Assembly: GCA_030390025.1 (NCBI GenBank)
Contig: JASTWF010000035.1
Location: 4,340,001 to 4,404,000 of the forward strand
DNA length: 64,000 nucleotides
Origin: Squalus acanthias
Lineage: Eukaryota
Reading direction: 5' to 3'
Part shown: positions 53,161-64,000 of the stretch, in pieces
Layout: each line of letters opens with the position of its first letter
Position numbering within the stretch: the stretch's first letter is position 1
Position numbers and translations under genes: made by a program
Notes under the pieces: generated by a model
What the model saw: the letters and a program-made list of their open reading frames with translations, nothing else
The model's database searches: none
What the model was told of the DNA's origin: nothing

Positions 53161-53448
53161 ACTACGTTGCCAAGAAGCTGGATGCTTTTGGTGAAAGGAG
53201 TGACTGAGGGTTGGAAGAGACAGTATAGTGACTGCTCCTCCAAGTAGCTCCTTGCCTGTGAAGCACTTTGGACTGCCTAAGGGGCGCGATATGGTGCTAT
53301 ATTATTGCCAGTTCTTTCGTTCTGTAGTCTTGCATTGTTCTGAACATTGGCACTGACCAGAGAGATAGCATTGGTCGTTTCCAGTCCTACCTTCCTCTCT
53401 ACTCATCCGATAATCACAGAATAATCCATCGCAATTTCTGTGTTTCAG

Positions 53449-53624
53449 TGGGTGTGTCAGGATGTCCCACAGCAGATTGCTCCCCAGCGGCCCCTCCCTC
53501 TTAATCCCATGTCTGCTGTGAAGGCGAGCTCGAAGGTGAAGAAACCTCTCCTGGTGCAGACCCCTGGCACTGGGCTACGAGCTGTAGGAAAGGCTGGAGT
53601 CAGCGTCTCGCCCTCACCGCCCAG
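53449..53624 (+). CDS. Penultimate coding exon of ADAM-like tail (WVCQDVPQQIAPQRPLPLNP...SPSPP)
   Basis: Acceptor TTTCTGTGTTTCAG|, donor CAG|GTCTGT; 176 bp, phase 0-2, open; RPLP SH3-ligand motif. An in-frame alternative acceptor ends at 53460. Confidence 0.75.
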
Positions 53625-53703
53625 GTCTGTATCACAATGTACAAAGCATGCCTCTCTGTGAATAACAAACTGTTCATTCTGAATAGAGGAGTGATCGCTG
53701 CAG

Positions 53704-54697
53704 GGCGGGCACTGACCGACCGGCGCACGGGCACTGACCGACTGGCGGGTGGGCACTGACCGACCGGCGCATGGGCACTGACTGACCGGTAGGCTGGCAC
53801 TGACTGACCGGTACTGACTGACCGGCGCACGGGCACTGACTGACCGGCGCACGGGCACTGACTGACCGGCGCACGGGCACTGACCGACCGGCACTGACTG
53901 ACCGACGCACGGGCACTGACTGACCGGCGCACGGGCACTGACCGACCGGCACTGACTGACCGGCGCACGGGCACTGACCGACTGGTGCACGGACACTGAC
54001 TGACCGGTAGGCTGGCACTGACTGACCGGTACTGACTGACCGGCGCACGGGCACTGACTGACCGGCGCACGGGCACTGACTGACCGGTAGGCTGGCACTG
54101 ACTGACCGGTACTGACTGACCGGCGCACGGGCACTGACTGACCGGCGCACGGGCACTGACCGATCGGCGGGCGGGCACTGACCGACCGGCGCACGGGCAC
54201 TGACCGACCGGCGCACGGGCACTGACCGACCGGCGCACGGGCACTGACTGACCGGTACTGACTGACCGGCGGACAGGCACTGACTGACCGGTACTGACTG
54301 ACCGACGCACGGGCACTGACTGACCGGCGCACGGGCACTGACCGACCGGCACTGACTGACCGACGCACGGGCACTGACCGACCGGCGCACGGGCACTGAC
54401 TGACGGGCACTGACTGACCAGCGGACAGGCACTGACTGACCAGCGGACGGGCACTGACTGACCGGCGCATGGGCACTGACCGACCGGCACTGACTGACCG
54501 GCGCACGGGCACTGACCGACCGGCGCACGGGCACTGACTGACGGGCACTGACTGACTGGCGCACGGGCACTGACTGACGGGCACTGACTGACCAGCGGAC
54601 GGGCACTGACTGACTGGCACTGACTGACCGGCGCACGGGCACTGACTGATCAGCGGACGGGCACTGACTGACCGGCACTGACTGACCAGCGGACGGG
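53704..54697. repeat. GC-rich minisatellite, ~22-bp GGGCACTGAC(T/C)GACCGGCGCAC with shorter variants
   Basis: Tandem units read directly; starts ~80 bp after the exon donor. Confidence 0.95.
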
Positions 54698-55209
54698 TTC
54701 TGATATGATGATGCTTGGTATTCTGTGGGATGTGGGTGATGCTGGCAAGGCTATGTTTTATTGCCCAGATCGCCCTTGTAACGTGGAATAAGTCACTCGC
54801 TCCACCTGAGGGGTCCCCAGTGAAAAAGACACACAGCTTTAGTCTTAGTTCTGATGGAAGCCACTTTGCCTCTTAGCCTGGGTACGGTCAGCTCGCTACC
54901 GTTCCTTGCAGACCATATAACAGTGGAATTCCCGGAGTGGGAGGCAGAATCATGCTCCCGCCCCACCCCCTGTACCTTTGTGATCACAAAGAAATGGTCA
55001 TCACTGGGCAATGCAGCCAGTCACTGACCGCCAGCCACATAGTGTGGGCCAGGGTCGCATGAAGGCCCTGAATCAACCAGCCAGGGCTTTAGTAACATTC
55101 CGGCTCTTTCCATGGCCATTGGTGATCTGGTACTAGTCAACTAATCACATTAACTGATTCAATTTCCCAACTCGCCGAGCACGAACTCTGAAACTGGTAC
55201 AGTGGTGTA

Positions 55210-55650
55210 CTAGTCATAGTACTAGTTGTGCTAGTGTACTGGTCATGGTACTAGTTGTGCTAGTGCGCTGGTCATAGTACTAGTTGTGCTAGTGCGCTGG
55301 TCATAGTACTAGTTGTGCTAGTGCGCTGGTCATAGTACTAGTTGTGCTAGTGCGCTGGTCATAGTACTAGTTGTGCTAGTGCACTGGTCATGGTACTAGT
55401 TGTGCTAGTGCACTGGTCATGGTACTAGTTGTGCTAGTGCACTGGTCATGGTACTAGTTGTGCTAGTGCACTGGTCATGGTACTAGTTGTGCTAGTGCTC
55501 TGGTCATGGTACTAGTTGTGCTAGTGCACTGGTCATGGTACTAGTTGTGCTAGTGCACTGGTCATGGTACTAGTTGTGCTAGTGTACAGGTCATAGTACT
55601 AGTTGTGCTAGTGTACTGGTCATGGTACTAGTTGTGCTAGTTATACTAGT
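55210..55650. repeat. 29-bp minisatellite CTGGTCAT(G/A)GTACTAGTTGTGCTAGTG(C/T)(A/G), ~15 copies
   Basis: Period 29 (units at 55239, 55268 ...). Confidence 0.95.
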
Positions 55651-55861
55651 GTACTGGTTATAGTGCACTAATCCAGCACATGACTGCACCAGTTGACAGA
55701 TTCCCATGCGGTTATGTTAGCTTTGCTTTGATTGGTTAACAGGATCCAATGGGATGATGATAGTCACAGACTGGTTGGTTGAAGAGTTCTTGCAGGTGAT
55801 GGTAGATAATCTGTGATTGGTGGGCTTCTGGCTTAATTGTCCTAATCTCAAAATGGTTAAA

Positions 55862-55983
55862 TGTGAGAAGTCGCACAACACCAGGTTATAGTCCAACAGT
55901 TTTATTTGAAATCACAAGCTTTCGGAGCGCTGCTCCTTCGACACCTAACTCCACCCCAGTCCAACACCGGCATCTCCACATCA
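55862..55983. mobile_element. Penelope-like retroelement remnant with inverted terminal piece and partial hammerhead motif
   Basis: Flanked by TCA(A/G)AATGGTTAAA (55848-55861, 55984-55997); minus strand reads CGAAGGAGCAGCGCTCCGAAAGCT...AATAAA; plus strand ends CCCCAGTCCAACACCGGCATCTCCACATC. Family call from recall. Confidence 0.7.
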
Positions 55984-57663
55984 TCAGAATGGTTAAAGAG
56001 GACGAATGTTAAAGGAAGGATATACTTGCCTTGGAGGCAGTGCAACGAAGGTTCACTAGATTGATCCCTGGGATGAGAGGGCTGTCCTATGTGTAGAATG
56101 GGCATTTACTCTCTGGAGTTTAGAAGAATGAGAGGTGATCTTATTGAAACATATAAGATTCTTCGAGAGCATGACAGGGTAAATGCTGAGAGGTTGTTTC
56201 CCCTGGCTGGAGAGTCTAGAACCAGGTGGCATAATCACAGGATAAGGGGTCGGCCATTTAAGAGTTTGAGCAGTTAGAGATTAAATTAAAAAGCAGAACC
56301 ACAAAGGTCACAATCTCTGGATTATTACCGGAGCCACGAGCAAATTGGCATAGGGTCAATAGGATCAGGGAGATGAATGCGTGGCTCAAAGATTGGTGTG
56401 GGAGAAGTGGGTTTCGATTCATGGGGCACTGGCACCAGTACTGGGGAAAGAGAGAGCTGTTCCACTGGGACGGAATACACCTGAACCATGCTGGGACCAG
56501 AGTTCTAGTGGATCGAATAACACGGGAGGTAGATAGGGCTTTAAACTAAATAAGGGGGGGGGGGAGGGTCCCGGTGGAGAGAAATCTAGAATGCTAAAGA
56601 GAAAAGACAAGGAAGCAGTGCAAGGAAGTGATTGGGGTAAGGATAACCAGAATGTTGTGCGGGGTCCTTTAGGGAAGAGTGACCATAACATGATAGAATT
56701 CTTCATTAAAATGGAAAGTGAAGAAGTGCAATCCGAAACTAGGGTCCGAAATCTAAACAAAGGAAACTTTGTTGGCTATGATAGATTGGGAAGCTCATTA
56801 AAAAGCATGACGGTGGATAGGCAATGGCTAACATTTAAGGAACGAATGCATGAATTGCAACAGTTATACATTCCTTTCTGACGCAAAAACTCAAAAGCGG
56901 CCCAACCATGGCTAACAAAAGAAATTAAGGATAGTATTAGATCCAAAGAGGAGTCATATAAAGTTGCCAGAAAAAGTAGCAAGCCTGAGGATTGGGAGCA
57001 GTTTAGAGTTCAGCAAAAAAGGACTGACCGAGAGATTGATTAAGAAGGGAAAAATAGAGTATGAGAGTAAACTTGCAAGGAACATAAAAGCAGATTGTAA
57101 AAGCTTCTACAAGTATGTAAAAAGAAAAGGATTAGTGAAGACAAATGTAGGTCCCTTACAGTCAGAAACGGGAGAATTTATAATGGGGAATAAGGAAATG
57201 GCGTGGCAATTAAACAAATACTTTGGTTCTGTCTTCACGGAAGAGGACACAAATAACTTCCCAGAAATGCTAGGGAACCAAGGGTCAAGTGAGAAGGAGG
57301 AATTAAATAAATTAGTATTAGTAAAAAAATAGTGCTGGAGAAATTAATGGGACTGAAAGCTGATAAATCCCGAGTGCCTGATAATCTGTATCCCAGAGTA
57401 CTAAAAGCGGTAGCCATGGAAATAGTGGATGCATTGGTTGTCATCTTCCAAAATTCTATAGATTATGGAACAGTTCCTGCAGATTGGAGGGTGGCAAATG
57501 TAACCCCACTATTTAAAAAAGGAGGGAGAGAGAAAACAGGGAACTACAGACTGGTTAGCCTAACATCAGTAGTAGGGAAAATGCTAGAGTCTATTATAAA
57601 GGATGTGATAACAGGACACTTAGAACATATCAATGGGATTAGACAAAGTCAACATGGATTTAT

Positions 57664-59794
57664 AGAATCATAGAAAATAGGAGCAGGAGTAGGCCATTCG
57701 GCCCCTCTAGCCTGCTCCGCCATTCAATGCGATCATGGCTGATCATCCAAATTCAGTACCCTGTCCCTGCTTTCTCCCCATATCGCTTGATCCCTTTAGC
57801 CTTAAGAAATATATCAACTCCTTCTTGAATCTATTTAATGAATTGGCCTCTACTGCCTTCTGTGGCAGAGAATTCCACAGGTTCACCACTCTCTGGGTGA
57901 AGAAATTCCTCCTCATTTCTGTCCTAACTGGCTTACCCCTTATCCTTAGACTGTGACCCCTGGTTCTGGACTCCCCGACCATCGGGAACATCCTTCCTGC
58001 ATCTAGTTTGTCCTGTCCTGTCAGAATTTTATAAGTTTCAATGAGATCCCTTCTCATTCTTCTAAACTCCAGCGAGTATAAGCCCAATCGACCCAATCTC
58101 TCTTCATACGTCATTCCTGCCATCCCAGGCATCAGCCTTGTGAATCTTCGCTGAACTCTTTCCATGGCAAGAACATCCTTCCTCAGATAAGGCGACCAAA
58201 ACTGCACACAGTACTCAAGGTGTGGTCTCACCAAGGCCCTGTACAACTGCAGCAAGACATCCTTGTTCCTGTACTCAAAACCTCTCGCTATGAAGGCCAA
58301 CATACCATTTGCCTTCTTAACCGCCTGCTGCACCTGCATGCTTACCTTCAGCGACTGGTGCACAAGGACACTTCCCCTTCTCCCAATCTATTGCCATTCA
58401 GATAATAATCTGCCTTTCTGTTTTTGACACCAAAGTGGATAACCTCGCATTTATCCACGTTATATTGCATCTGCCACGCTTCTGCCCAATCACCCAACCT
58501 GTCCAAATCATCCTGGAGTTTCTCGGCATCCTCCTCGCAGCACACACGCCCACCCAGTTTTGTGTCATCTGCAAACTTGGAGATATTACATCTAGTTCCC
58601 TTGTCTAGATCATTAATATATATTTTGAATAGCTGGGGTCCAAGGACCGATCCCTGCGGTACCCCACTAGTCACTGCCTGCCACTCGGAAAAAGACCCAT
58701 TTATTGAAACTCTCTGCTTTCTGTCCGCCAACCAGTTCTCTATCCAAGTCAATACCTTGCCCCCAATCCCATGTGCCTTAACTTTACACGCTAATCTCTT
58801 ATGCGGGACCTTATCAAAACCCTTTTGGAAGTCCAAATACACCACATCCACTGGTTCTCCCTTATCTATTTTACCAGTTACATCCTCAAAAAATTCCAGT
58901 AGATTAGTTAAGCACAGTTTACCTTTTGTAAATCCATGTTGACTTTGTCTGATCCTGTCACTGTTTTTCAAGTGCTCAGCTATTACATCCTTTATAATGG
59001 ACTCTAGCATTTTCCCCACTACCGATGTCAGGCTTACCGGTCTGTAATTCCCCGTTTTCTCTCTACCACCCTTTTTGAATAGTGGGGTAACATTAGCTAC
59101 CCTCCAATCCATGGGTACAGTTCCAGATTCCATCGAATGTTGGAAGATGATCAGCAATGCATCTACTATTTCTAGGGCCACTTCCTTAAGTACCCTAGGA
59201 TGCAGATTATCAGGCCCTGGGGATTTAGCGGCCTTCAATCCCCTCAATTTCCCCAACACCATTTCCCTACAAATACTGATTTCTTTCAGTTCCTCCCTTT
59301 CATCAGACCCTATGTTCCCCAACATCTCTGGGAGGTTATTTGTGTCCTCCTTTGTGAAGACAGAACCAAAATATGCATTTAATTGGTCTGACATTTCTTT
59401 GTTCCCCGTTATAAGTTCCCCTGATTCTGACTGCAAGGGACCTACGCTTGATTTCACTAATCTTTTTCTCTTCACATATCCATAAAAGCTTTTACAGTCA
59501 GTTTTTATGTTCCTGCAAGCTTACTCTCGTATTCTATTTTCCCCTTCTTAATTAATCCCTTTGTCCTCCTTTGTTGAATCTTAAACTGCTCCCAATCCAC
59601 AGGGTTACTGCTTTTTCTGGCCAATTTATATGCCCTCTCCTTGGATCTTATGCTATCCCTAATTTCCCTTGTTAGCCATGTTTGAGTCACCCTTTTTGTT
59701 TTATTCTTATGCCAAACTGGGATGAACAAATTCTGTAGTTCGTCCATGCGGTCTTTGAATGTTTGCCATTGCCGATCCACCGTCAACCCTTTGA
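57664..59794 (-). mobile_element. 5'-truncated CR1 'C2' nested in B2
   Basis: Minus ORFs 57743-59786; host breaks at GGATTTAT and resumes GTGTTTGAC, 12 bp lost. Confidence 0.9.
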
Positions 59795-60323
59795 GTGTTT
59801 GACAAACCTATTGGAGTTTTTTGAGGATGTAACTGGTAGAATAGATAAGGGAGAACCAGTGGATGTGGTGTATTTGGATTTTCAGAAGGCCTTTGATAAA
59901 GTCCCACATAAGAGGTTAGTGTGCAAAATTAAAGCACATGAGATTGGGGGTAATATACTGGCATGGATTGAAAATTGGTTAACAGACAGGAAACAGAGAG
60001 TAGGAATAAATGGATCTTTTTCGGGGTGGCAGGCGGTGACTCTTGGGGTACCGCAGGGATCAGTGCTTGGGCCCCAGCTATTCACAATATCAATGATTTG
60101 GATGAGGGAACCAAATGTAATATTTCCAAGTTTGCTGACGAGACGAAACTAGGTGGGATTGTGAGTTGTGGAGGATGCAAAGAGGCTTCAAGGCGATTTA
60201 GACAAGTTGAGTGAGTGGGCAAATACATGGCAGATGCAGTATAACATGGATAAATGTGAAGTTATCCACTTCAGTAGGAAAAACAGAAAGGCAGAGTATT
60301 ATTTAAATTGTGATAGATTGGGA

Positions 60324-60905
60324 GACCACACCTCGAGTACTGTGTACAGTTTTGGTCGCCTCATCTGAGGAAAGATGTTCTTGCCATGGAGGGGGTGCAG
60401 CGGCGATTCACCAGGCTGATACCAGGAATGGCGGGATTGACCTATGAGGAGAGACTATGTAGTTTAGGGATGTACACACTGGAGTTTAGAAGATTGAGAG
60501 GGGACCTCATAGAAGTGTATAAAATTCTGACAGGTCTAGACAGATTAGATGCAGAAGGAATGTTTCCCTTGGCGGGTGAGAACAGAACTAGAGGACATAA
60601 TTTAAGGATAAGGGCTAAACCATTTAGGACAGAAATGAGGGGGAATTTCTTCACTCAGAGAGTGGTGAACCTGTGGAACTCATTGCCACAGAGGGCAGTG
60701 TACGCCAGCTCATTAAATATATTTAAGAGGGAATTAGATATATTTCTACAGGCAAAAGGGGTTAAGGGTTACGGAGAGAAGGCGGGGACGGGATACTGAA
60801 TTGAAGGATCAGCCATGATCTCATTAAATGGCGGAGCAGGCTCGAAGGGCCGGATGGCCTACTCCTGCTCCTATCTTCTATGTATGTATCTATGTATCTA
60901 TGTAT
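60324..60905 (+). mobile_element. CR1 3' fragment 'E2' nested in B2
   Basis: Almost identical to 49681-50258; (ATCTATGT)n tail; host resumes GAAATACTGAT. Confidence 0.92.
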
Positions 60906-61921
60906 GAAATACTGATATACAAAGGGACCTGGGGTGTCCTTGTACACCAGTCACTGAAAGCAAACATGCAGGTGCAGCAAGCAGTTAGGAAGGCAAATGG
61001 TATGTTGGCCTTCATTGCAAGAGGATTTGAGTACAGGAGCAAGGATGTCTTACTACAGTTGTACAGGGCCTTGGTGAGACCACATCTGGAGTACTGTGTG
61101 CAGTTTTGGTCTCCTTACCTAAGAAAGGATCTACTTGCCATAGAGGGAGAGCAGCGAAGGTTCACCAGACTGATTCCTGGGATGGCAGGACTGTCGTATG
61201 AGGAGAGATTGGGTCGACTAGGCCTGTATTCACTAGAGTTTAGAAGAATGAGAGGGGATCTCATTGAAATGTATAAAATTCTGACAGGGCTAGACAGACT
61301 GGATGCAGGGAGGACGTTTCCCCTGGCTGGGGGGTCTAGAACGAGGGGTCACAGCCTCAGGATATGGGGTAGGACATTTAGGACTGAGATGAGGAGAAAT
61401 TTCTTCACTCAGAGGGTGGTGAACCTGTGGAATTCTCTACCACAGAAGGCTGTGGAGGCCAAGTCACTGAATATATTTAAGAAGGAGATAGATAGATTTC
61501 TAGACACAAAATGCATCACGGGGTATGGGGAGAGAGCGGGAATATGGTATTGAGATAGAGGGTCAGCCATGATCATAGTGAATGGTGGAGCAGGCTCGAA
61601 GGGCTGAATGGCCTACTCCTGCTCCTATTTTTCTATGTTTCAATAACTGAGATGAGGAGGAATTTCTTCACTCAGAGGGTTGTGAATCTTTGGAATTCTC
61701 TGCCCCAGAGGGCTGTGAATGCTGAGTCTTTGAGTATATTCAAGGCTGAGATCGATAGATTTTTGGACTCTAGGGGAATTGAGGGATATGGGGATCGGGC
61801 AGGAAAGTGGAGTTGAGGTCGATGATCAGCCATGATCTTATTGAATGACGGAGCAGGCTCGAGGGGCCGTGTGGCCGACTCCTGCTCCTAATTCTTATGT
61901 TCTTCATTCTTCTTCTTTCAG

Positions 61922-61958
61922 ACCACCAGCTGCTGCAGTCCTGGTGAGAAAGCGGTGA
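61922..61958 (+). CDS. Terminal coding exon of ADAM-like gene ((R)PPAAAVLVRKR*), followed by 3'UTR
   Basis: Acceptor CATTCTTCTTCTTTCAG|; phase 2 completes AG+A = Arg from the previous exon; TGA at 61956-61958. Confidence 0.7.
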
Positions 61959-62167
61959 GACTAGCGGGGACAGGGAAGGTGACTGGCTGTGGATCTCAGG
62001 AGATGGAACGAGCGAGCCTCTGTGCCTGGCACCTCCCTCAGTCACAAACTGTCTGGCTGGTGCAGCCACTGCACATCACAGCACCACAACGTCACCTCAT
62101 GGCCAACGTTTTTAACTCTCTGTGTGCAAGTTAGCCAGGACACTGTGCTAGCACATCATCAGGCAAT

Positions 62168-64000
62168 GCTCACACTGTGACCCCCGGCCCCGCTCACACT
62201 GTGACCCCGGCCCCGCTCACACTGTGACCCCCGGCCCCGCTCACACTCGCACTGTGACCCCCGACTCTGCTCACACTGTGACCCCCGGCCCCGCTCACAC
62301 TGTGACCCCCGGCCCCGCTCACACTCGCACTGTGACCCCCGACTCTGCTCACACTGTGACCCCCGGCCCCGCTCACACTCGCACTGTGACCCCCGACTCT
62401 GCTCACACTGTGACCCCCGGCCCCGCTCACACTGTGACCCCCGGCCCCGCTCACACTCGCACTGTGACCCCCGACTCTGCTCACACTGTGACCCCCGGCC
62501 CCGCTCACACTCGCACTGTGACCCCCGACTCTGCTCACACTGTGACCCCCGGCCCCGCTCACACTGTGACCCCCGGCCCCGCTCACACTCGCACTGTGAC
62601 CCCCGACTCTGCTCACACTGTGACCCCCGGCCCCGCTCACACTCGCACTGTGACCCCCCGGCCCCGCTCACACTCACACTGTGACCCCTGGCCCCGCTCA
62701 CACTCGCACTGTGACCCCCGACTCTGCTCACACTGTGACCCCCGGCCCTGCTCACACTCACACTGTGACCCCCTGGCCCTGCTCACACTCACACTGTGAC
62801 CCCCGACTCTGCTCACACTGTGACCCCCGGCCCTGCTCACACTCACACTGTGACCCCCGGCCCCGCTCACACTCGCACTGTGACCCCCTGGCCCTGCTCA
62901 CACTCACACTGTGACCCCCTGGCCCTGCTCACACTCGCACTGTGACTCCCTGGCCCTGCTCACACTCGCACTGTGACCCCCGGCCCCGCTCACACTCGCA
63001 CTGTGACCCCCTGGCCCTGCTCACACTGTGACCCCCTGGCCCCGCTCACACTCGCACTGTGACCCCCGGCCCCGCTCACACTCGCACTGTGATCCCCTGG
63101 CCCTGCTCACACTCACACTGTGATCCCCTGGCCCTGCTCACACTCGCACTGTGACCCCCTGGCCCTGCTCACACTCGCACTGTGACCCCCGGCCCCGCTC
63201 ACACTCGCACTGTGACTCCCTGGCCCTGCTCACACTCGCACTGTGACCCTGGCCCCGTTCACAGTCGCACTGTGACCCCGGCCCCGCTCACACTCGCACT
63301 ATGACCCTGGCCCCGTTCACACTCGCACTGTCACCCCGGCCCCGCTCACACTCGTACTGTGACCCCCTGGCCCCGCTCACACTCGCACTGTGACCCCCGG
63401 CTCTGCTCACACTGTGACCCCTGGCGTCGCTCACACTCACACTGTGACCCCCTGGCCCTGCTCACACTCGCACTGTGACCCCCTGGCCCCGCTCACACTC
63501 ACACTGTGACCCCTGGCCCCGCTCACACTCACACTGTGACCCCCTGGCCCTGCTCACACTCGCACTGTGACCCCCTGGCCCCGCTCACACTCGCACTGTG
63601 ACCCCGGCCCCACTCACACTGTGACCCCCTGGCTCTGCTCACACTCGCACTGTGACCCCGGCCCCGCTCACACTCGCACTGTGACCCCCTGGCCCCGCTC
63701 ACACTCGCACTGTGACCCCAGCCCCGCTCACACTCACACTGTGACCCCGGCCCCGCTCACACTCGCACTGTGACCCCCTGGCCCCGCTCACACTCACACT
63801 GTGACCCCGGCCCCGCTCACACTCGCACTGTGACCCCCTGGCCCCGCTCACACTCACACTGTGACCCCGGCCCCGCTCACACTCGCACTGTGACCCCAGC
63901 CCCGCTCACACTCGCACTGTGACCCCGGTCCCGCTCACATTCGCAGTGACCCCGGCCCCGCTCACACTCGCACTGTGACCCCGGTCCCGCTCACACTCGC
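62168..64000. repeat. 24/30-bp satellite GCTCACAC(TCGCAC)TGTGACCCCCGGCCCC, open at window end
   Basis: Tandem units read directly; C-rich plus strand. Confidence 0.97.

Larger units (their letters stand above)
56264..61645 (+). mobile_element. CR1 'B2' (same subfamily as B1, most of endonuclease deleted) hosting C2 and E2
   Basis: Near-identical to 27471-33238; jumps from GGATAACCAGA to TGTTGTGCGGGG at ~56652 (about 0.7 kb missing). Confidence 0.9.
56011..61904 (+). mobile_element. CR1 3' fragment 'D' (56011-56263 + 61646-61904) split by B2
   Basis: CGGCCATTTAAGA(56263) rejoins (A)CTGAGATGAGGAGG(61646); tail CTCCTAATTCTTATGTTCTT. Confidence 0.87.

Noticed and set aside
53457..54678. Three overlapping 296-387-aa minus-strand ORFs (and similar ones at 62159-62914)
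   Set aside because: Minisatellite translations open in several frames.
52303..55650. CRISPR-like look of the 41-bp and 29-bp arrays
   Set aside because: Head-to-tail units with no unique spacers, no cas genes, vertebrate context.

Overview
Eukaryotic, repeat-dominated DNA, most likely a cartilaginous fish (inferred from CR1/HER1-type LINEs plus HE1/V-SINEs). About 553 bp looks like host coding sequence: four phase-compatible + strand exons (23009-23102, 51571-51816, 53449-53624, 61922-61958 incl. stop). They splice into a ~184-aa proline-rich C-terminus resembling the cytoplasmic tail of ADAM12/19/33(13) metalloproteases; the family call is from recalled motifs, not a search. The rest is intron or 3' flank: a >22.8-kb 16/26-bp satellite with higher-order repeats and a duplicated CR1 fragment, a truncated PIF/Harbinger transposon, an 881-bp Harbinger-derived MITE, about 15 nested CR1 insertions (one full-length with a ~2.6-kb 5' monomer array), SINEs, a Penelope-like remnant and several minisatellites. 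I found no prokaryotic-type system (CRISPR, operon, retron), and most long ORFs are LINE relics or repeat artefacts. The best leads are a splice branch point apparently supplied by a CR1 tail, a frameshifted CR1 master apparently copied in trans, and the promoter-like monomer array.
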